Virus record (IMG/VR): IMGVR_UViG_3300028805_000102
Strand: one strand, 5' to 3'
DNA length: 20,000 nucleotides
Origin: an uncultured virus (IMG/VR IMGVR_UViG_3300028805_000102)
Lineage: Duplodnaviria > Heunggongvirae > Uroviricota > Caudoviricetes
Shown: piece after piece, positions 16,546 through 20,000 of the stretch
Layout of the letters: each line of letters starts with the position of its first letter
Position numbering within the stretch: position 1 is the first letter of the stretch
Position numbers and translations under genes: made by a program
The notes under the pieces: model-generated
Seen by the model: only the letters and a program-made list of their open reading frames with translations
Databases searched by the model: none
Told to the model about the DNA's origin: nothing

Positions 16546-16920
16546 ATGACAAACGAAGAAAGACAAATATTGCTAAAAGACCTTTGTATGCGGTTACCAT
16601 ATAAGGTCAAGGTACTTGACGATATGGGAAGACTGTATGAATTACATATAGGTGACTCATATATTATAGATTTATTCTATGGAAACGGAGGTTATATAGA
16701 GCCACCAGTAAAGCCATACCTCCGTCCCTTGTCGTCAATAACGCCTGAAGAGAGAAAAGAATATCATCGACTTTGTGATGTGGAAGAAGGCCCTTTTTAT
16801 GAGAGATTCTTTCACGATACGATTGCCTCAATTGAATATCTTACTTCAAAGCATTTCGACTATCGAGGTCTGATAGAGAAAGGACTTGCTATTGAAGCAT
16901 CCGACGATATGTATAACTAA
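16546..16920 (+). CDS. Hypothetical phage protein, MTQEEK family, paralog 2
   Basis: MTNEERQILLKDLCMRLPY...KPYLRPLSS...HFDYRGLIEKGLAIEA. Confidence 0.85.
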   Translation: MTNEERQILLKDLCMRLPYKVKVLDDMGRLYELHIGDSYIIDLFYGNGGYIEPPVKPYLRPLSSITPEERKEYHRLCDVEEGPFYERFFHDTIASIEYLTSKHFDYRGLIEKGLAIEASDDMYN

Positions 16921-16931
16921 AATTTATAACT

Positions 16932-17414
16932 ATGACACAAGAAGAAAAACAACTTTTACTTAAAGACCTTTGTGCAAGGTTGCCATATGGTGTAATAGTA
17001 AGGCACTCTGATTGTATAGTAGATGATGAAGGTAATGAAACTGGAAAATTCTATCATACAAAGGGTTATTTATGTGATGTTTGTACAGAGGATGATATGA
17101 CCACAACCATTATAGAAAGTGAAGGTGAGGATGAAGGATACAATCATATTTGTTCCTTAGAGTGGACTGTTCCATATCTCCGTCCAATGGATTCAATGAC
17201 AGTTGAGGAAATATGTAAAATAGAGGCAATTATTGGAAATGGTTTTAAATATGGAGACGGTGAATTGACGGTATGCGGCGAAGATGTTATTAAGCTGTCA
17301 TTTCCAAAAATACACGAACTCATGGAGTTTTTATATCAACACCATATTGATGTTAATTGTCTTATTGAAAAAGGTCTCGCTATTGAGGTGGAAAAAGGAA
17401 TGTATAATTTTTAA
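16932..17414 (+). CDS. Hypothetical phage protein, MTQEEK family, paralog 3
   Basis: MTQEEKQLLLKDLCARLPYG...PYLRPMDSMT...HIDVNCLIEKGLAIE. Confidence 0.85.
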   Translation: MTQEEKQLLLKDLCARLPYGVIVRHSDCIVDDEGNETGKFYHTKGYLCDVCTEDDMTTTIIESEGEDEGYNHICSLEWTVPYLRPMDSMTVEEICKIEAIIGNGFKYGDGELTVCGEDVIKLSFPKIHELMEFLYQHHIDVNCLIEKGLAIEVEKGMYNF

Positions 17415-17425
17415 ATGACTGAATT

Positions 17426-17626
17426 ATGATAGCGTTAATTATAATTGGATATTTGATAGGATTTGTCATCACATTGAAATTATTTAAAAGGGCATTTCCA
17501 AGCAATGACAATAATGATGATAAGATGTTTTTTACATTGGCTGGAATACTCTTTCCAATCACATTAGTTTTTGTTACGATGGTTTACATTTGGCGTTTAT
17601 TAATTAAATTTTATGACTGGCTATGA
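17426..17626 (+). CDS. Small membrane protein with two hydrophobic segments
   Basis: 66 aa with hydrophobic runs IALIIIGYLIGFVITL and FFTLAGILFPITLVFVTMVYIW. ATGA overlap with the next gene. Confidence 0.75.
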   Translation: MIALIIIGYLIGFVITLKLFKRAFPSNDNNDDKMFFTLAGILFPITLVFVTMVYIWRLLIKFYDWL

Positions 17627-17958
17627 CAGACGAAAAAATATCAATATCATTCAAAGACAGGGAAGTCATTATAGCGGCGGCATACAAGGTAAAGCCTGAA
17701 TATGTATGCAATGACGGCGGCGTTTATAAGACAGGTACTCGGGAACGTGACGATATTTACCGCTGCAGGATAGGCCGTCATCATGCCGAAATCCTGCATA
17801 TTTTCGAGGACGAGGTTGACGAATTTTCAGACGGATTCTACACTTCTTATGGAAGATGGGTTGGCAGGAAGGAGGCTGCTGAAATCGCCCTTGCGGCAGG
17901 CCAGTGCAAGAAGCCTCTGATTATGGGAGACATGCTGGACAGCAGCGACATATTTTAA
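17623..17958 (+). CDS. Conserved hypothetical phage protein (GRHH...GFxTxxGxxVxRxEAxxIA family)
   Basis: 111 aa. The pattern IIAAA...GRHHAEI...GFYTSYGRWVGRKEAAEIALAAGQ...LDSSDIF is recalled as a widespread uncharacterised phage family. Confidence 0.8.
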   Translation: MTDEKISISFKDREVIIAAAYKVKPEYVCNDGGVYKTGTRERDDIYRCRIGRHHAEILHIFEDEVDEFSDGFYTSYGRWVGRKEAAEIALAAGQCKKPLIMGDMLDSSDIF

Positions 17959-18106
17959 AATAGACAAAATGACAGGACATGAAAAACACGGATTTTATAA
18001 AGTTCATTATTTGCTGGCTTTTTAATTTAGGGCTGGTTTATTTAACGGCAATTTCTTTAGTAGAATACATATTTTAAATAATTATAATAGATAAGGAGAT
18101 AGACAT

Positions 18107-18388
18107 ATGACACAGGAACAGGCACTAAATGTAATAAAAAAGTATGTAGGGGATCAATGGAATGACGTTGATTACTTCACATCATATCCTATAAAGGCGA
18201 CTTTTCCAGACGTACCTATAAGCGTGAGGGCTGATTACCAGTTCATCAATGGCGGACAAATATGGGGTATTGTATTCTGCACATCCACATATAATAGGTG
18301 GGGTGAAAGTGATTCAAATGATATTTGCTTCTGCGATACAGAGAAAAAGGCAGATGTGGTATATGGAACAATAAAATATAGGGGATAG
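18107..18388 (+). CDS. Hypothetical protein
   Basis: 93 aa, preceded by an AAGGAG Shine-Dalgarno-like site, unlike most genes in this window. Confidence 0.7.
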   Translation: MTQEQALNVIKKYVGDQWNDVDYFTSYPIKATFPDVPISVRADYQFINGGQIWGIVFCTSTYNRWGESDSNDICFCDTEKKADVVYGTIKYRG

Positions 18389-18524
18389 CATGCAATTGAA
18401 AAATTCACAGGCTGGAAACTAGGAACAAGGCCTTTTCAATACGATTTGTTCATGGAAGTTTCTATCATATTGTTTATTATTTTAAGATTACAATTAAAAT
18501 TTAAGTTTTTTAATTTTTACAGAT

Positions 18525-18809
18525 ATGCCCCTAAGAAAAATAACGGAAAAAGAATGTAAGGAACTTTTGTCGCTCGCTGATGACTATTTGGTAAAAAAGA
18601 TTTCAGATGAAAACTATGACCAGTCTTTCGCTGCGTTCCTTAACAACAATTTCACAGCCACAGATTTCATATTCACACGCGATTCAGGAGAGAAACTTCT
18701 TGACATACTGTTGGAGACTGCCGAAAAATATTCAGATTCATTTATTGACGATCCTTCTGAAGAAATCAAATTTGTGACAAACGTCCTTAATGAGAATTAC
18801 TTCATATAA
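18525..18809 (+). CDS. Hypothetical acidic protein
   Basis: 94 aa. Its 5' region is duplicated at 16450-16524. Confidence 0.75.
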   Translation: MPLRKITEKECKELLSLADDYLVKKISDENYDQSFAAFLNNNFTATDFIFTRDSGEKLLDILLETAEKYSDSFIDDPSEEIKFVTNVLNENYFI

Positions 18810-18812
18810 TTT

Positions 18813-19285
18813 TTAATAGTGGAAAGTCGGCACCTGTTCCCAATATTCGTCCTTGCCTGATTCCCATCTTGAAATATATGTTTTTCCATTCCAGTCCACC
18901 CGTATAGGCAATAGTTTTTCAGAATTCCATTTTTTTGAAAACCAGTCGGTATACCAATATGTTCCTCCCCAACGGCTGTATGCTATTCCTGATACTTCCG
19001 TTATATCGAAATTCTCGTTTCTGTGAACCTCAATTTCAACATTTATAAACGAGGCCCGCCGGCCGCATTGTCTGTCTATAGAATCATTGAAATTCCCGTG
19101 AAGACGAAGTCTGCATTTATGCCAGCCATCATTTAATTCATCCGCATACTCTTTATAAAATTCATCAACTGTACCATATGTCACCTGTCCGTAGAACATA
19201 TAAGGATGCTTTTGATTTGAATGGTATTTGAATCGGGATTGCCGTTTTCATTCAGAAATTCAAAATATGTTTTCAAGTTTTCCAT
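18813..19285 (-). CDS. Hypothetical protein, probably starting at 19285 with a frameshift before 19199
   Basis: ORF 19199..18813 (128 aa) is preceded, out of frame, by ATG 19285 encoding MENLKTYFEFLNENGNPDSNTIQIK. Adding one base at the AAAA run near 19210-19213 joins the two frames (..QIKKHPYMFY..). TATAAATA lies on the minus strand at 19327-19320. Confidence 0.55.
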
Positions 19286-19412
19286 AAACGAAATATAAAG
19301 TAAATAATTAAACTCATAATATTTATATAAAATTAATACCTGTAATTACATAACGAAATATAAAATCCCTTTAATCCATTCCAACCTCCTGACAAGGAAA
19401 TTCCAATATGTT

Positions 19413-19650
19413 ATAATATCGCATATCCGTAGATTAAGACATTATGGCATTATAAAATGACCCAAATATATTCAGGCCTATTTTACAATTTATATATAAT
19501 ACTTAAATAATATCCGTAATAATATACCTATAATAATATTACAATATCCCCATGCACCCGACTATAATTATCATCAGCCTTTCACTATAATATTATCATA
19601 ATATTATTACAATATACTGTATAATATCCTAAATGATTTCTTTACAATAT
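19413..19650 (+). repeat. Cluster of A[T/C]AATAT heptamers in an AT-rich non-coding region
   Basis: Ten same-orientation copies counted, at 19413, 19507, 19519, 19533, 19541, 19587, 19598, 19609, 19621 and 19644. Confidence 0.5.
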
Positions 19651-19834
19651 TGTTATATTATTTCATATATTATCTATTATTATTCATATATGCATATATA
19701 ACGGCTTATCATTAATATCGGATTTTCAATTAAAAATTCAAGAAAACTGATTAAAAACTTTGAATTTTTCTATAAATATATAAAGAACAGTTTTAGACAT
19801 TATATTAGTAATTCATAATTAAAATTATAGAGAC

Positions 19835-20000
19835 ATGCTTTACAGGTCGAAGATAGAGGTAAGAAAATTCTCACCTAAATACAAGATTGTAACACCTTCC
19901 AAGCCCTTGCAGGACAAAGGTCTAGAAAGAACTAAAATAATTACCAAGCCTTACAGGGCCGAAGTAATAAAGCCATTACGCATAGGAAACAGACCTATAG
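19835..20000 (+). CDS. Possible CDS running off the window end (basic protein)
   Basis: ATG 19835 opens a frame to the window end (MLYRSKIEVRKFSPKYKIVTPSKPLQDKG...). TATAAATA lies upstream at 19771-19778. Confidence 0.45.
   Translation, partial: MLYRSKIEVRKFSPKYKIVTPSKPLQDKGLERTKIITKPYRAEVIKPLRIGNRPI

Noticed and set aside
306..17562. Short alternative-frame and antisense ORFs in the track (306, 2306, 4123, 4480, 5471, 6637, 7339, 8350, 9892, 13202, 14052, 14178, 15124, 16407, 17380)
   Set aside because: They overlap better-supported genes and show no motifs; treated as shadow ORFs.
19837..19964. Three degenerate gcc/ctt(a/g)cagg..aag repeats near the window end
   Set aside because: Short, irregularly spaced and inside an open frame running off the window; not enough to call an array without downstream sequence.
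1..20000. Genome-wide TAG reassignment (genetic code 15, as in Lak-type phages)
   Set aside because: Long genes such as PolB (954 aa) and ORF 6703 (664 aa) are uninterrupted in the standard code and coding density is already high.

Overview
AT-rich segment of a large dsDNA phage genome in the standard genetic code. It looks T4-like or jumbo-like, and the AT-rich leaders without Shine-Dalgarno sites and the accessory gene families suggest a Bacteroidales-type host (inference). From left to right: (1) a replication block with a possible sliding clamp, a family-B DNA polymerase, a putative glycosyltransferase-like protein and an orphan N6A/N4C DNA methyltransferase; (2) accessory genes from two paralogous families built from conserved anchors and variable inserts, driven by a repeated promoter-leader element; (3) an ORF-free ~870 bp gap containing a densely base-paired ~650 nt RNA with a group I intron-type P3-P8 core, no recognisable exons, an altered guanosine-binding region and a helix pairing its two ends; (4) a radical SAM gene followed by two genes sharing an IQSFSDVITNSSSELF N-terminal motif; (5) a solo tnpB with a rearranged RuvC, flanked by gene stubs; (6) small hypothetical genes and an AT-rich intergenic region with a repeated heptamer. 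The most novel-looking element is the free-standing group I-like large RNA, possibly together with the radical SAM/TNSSSE operon beside it. All calls come from reading the sequence by eye; no searches or folding were run.
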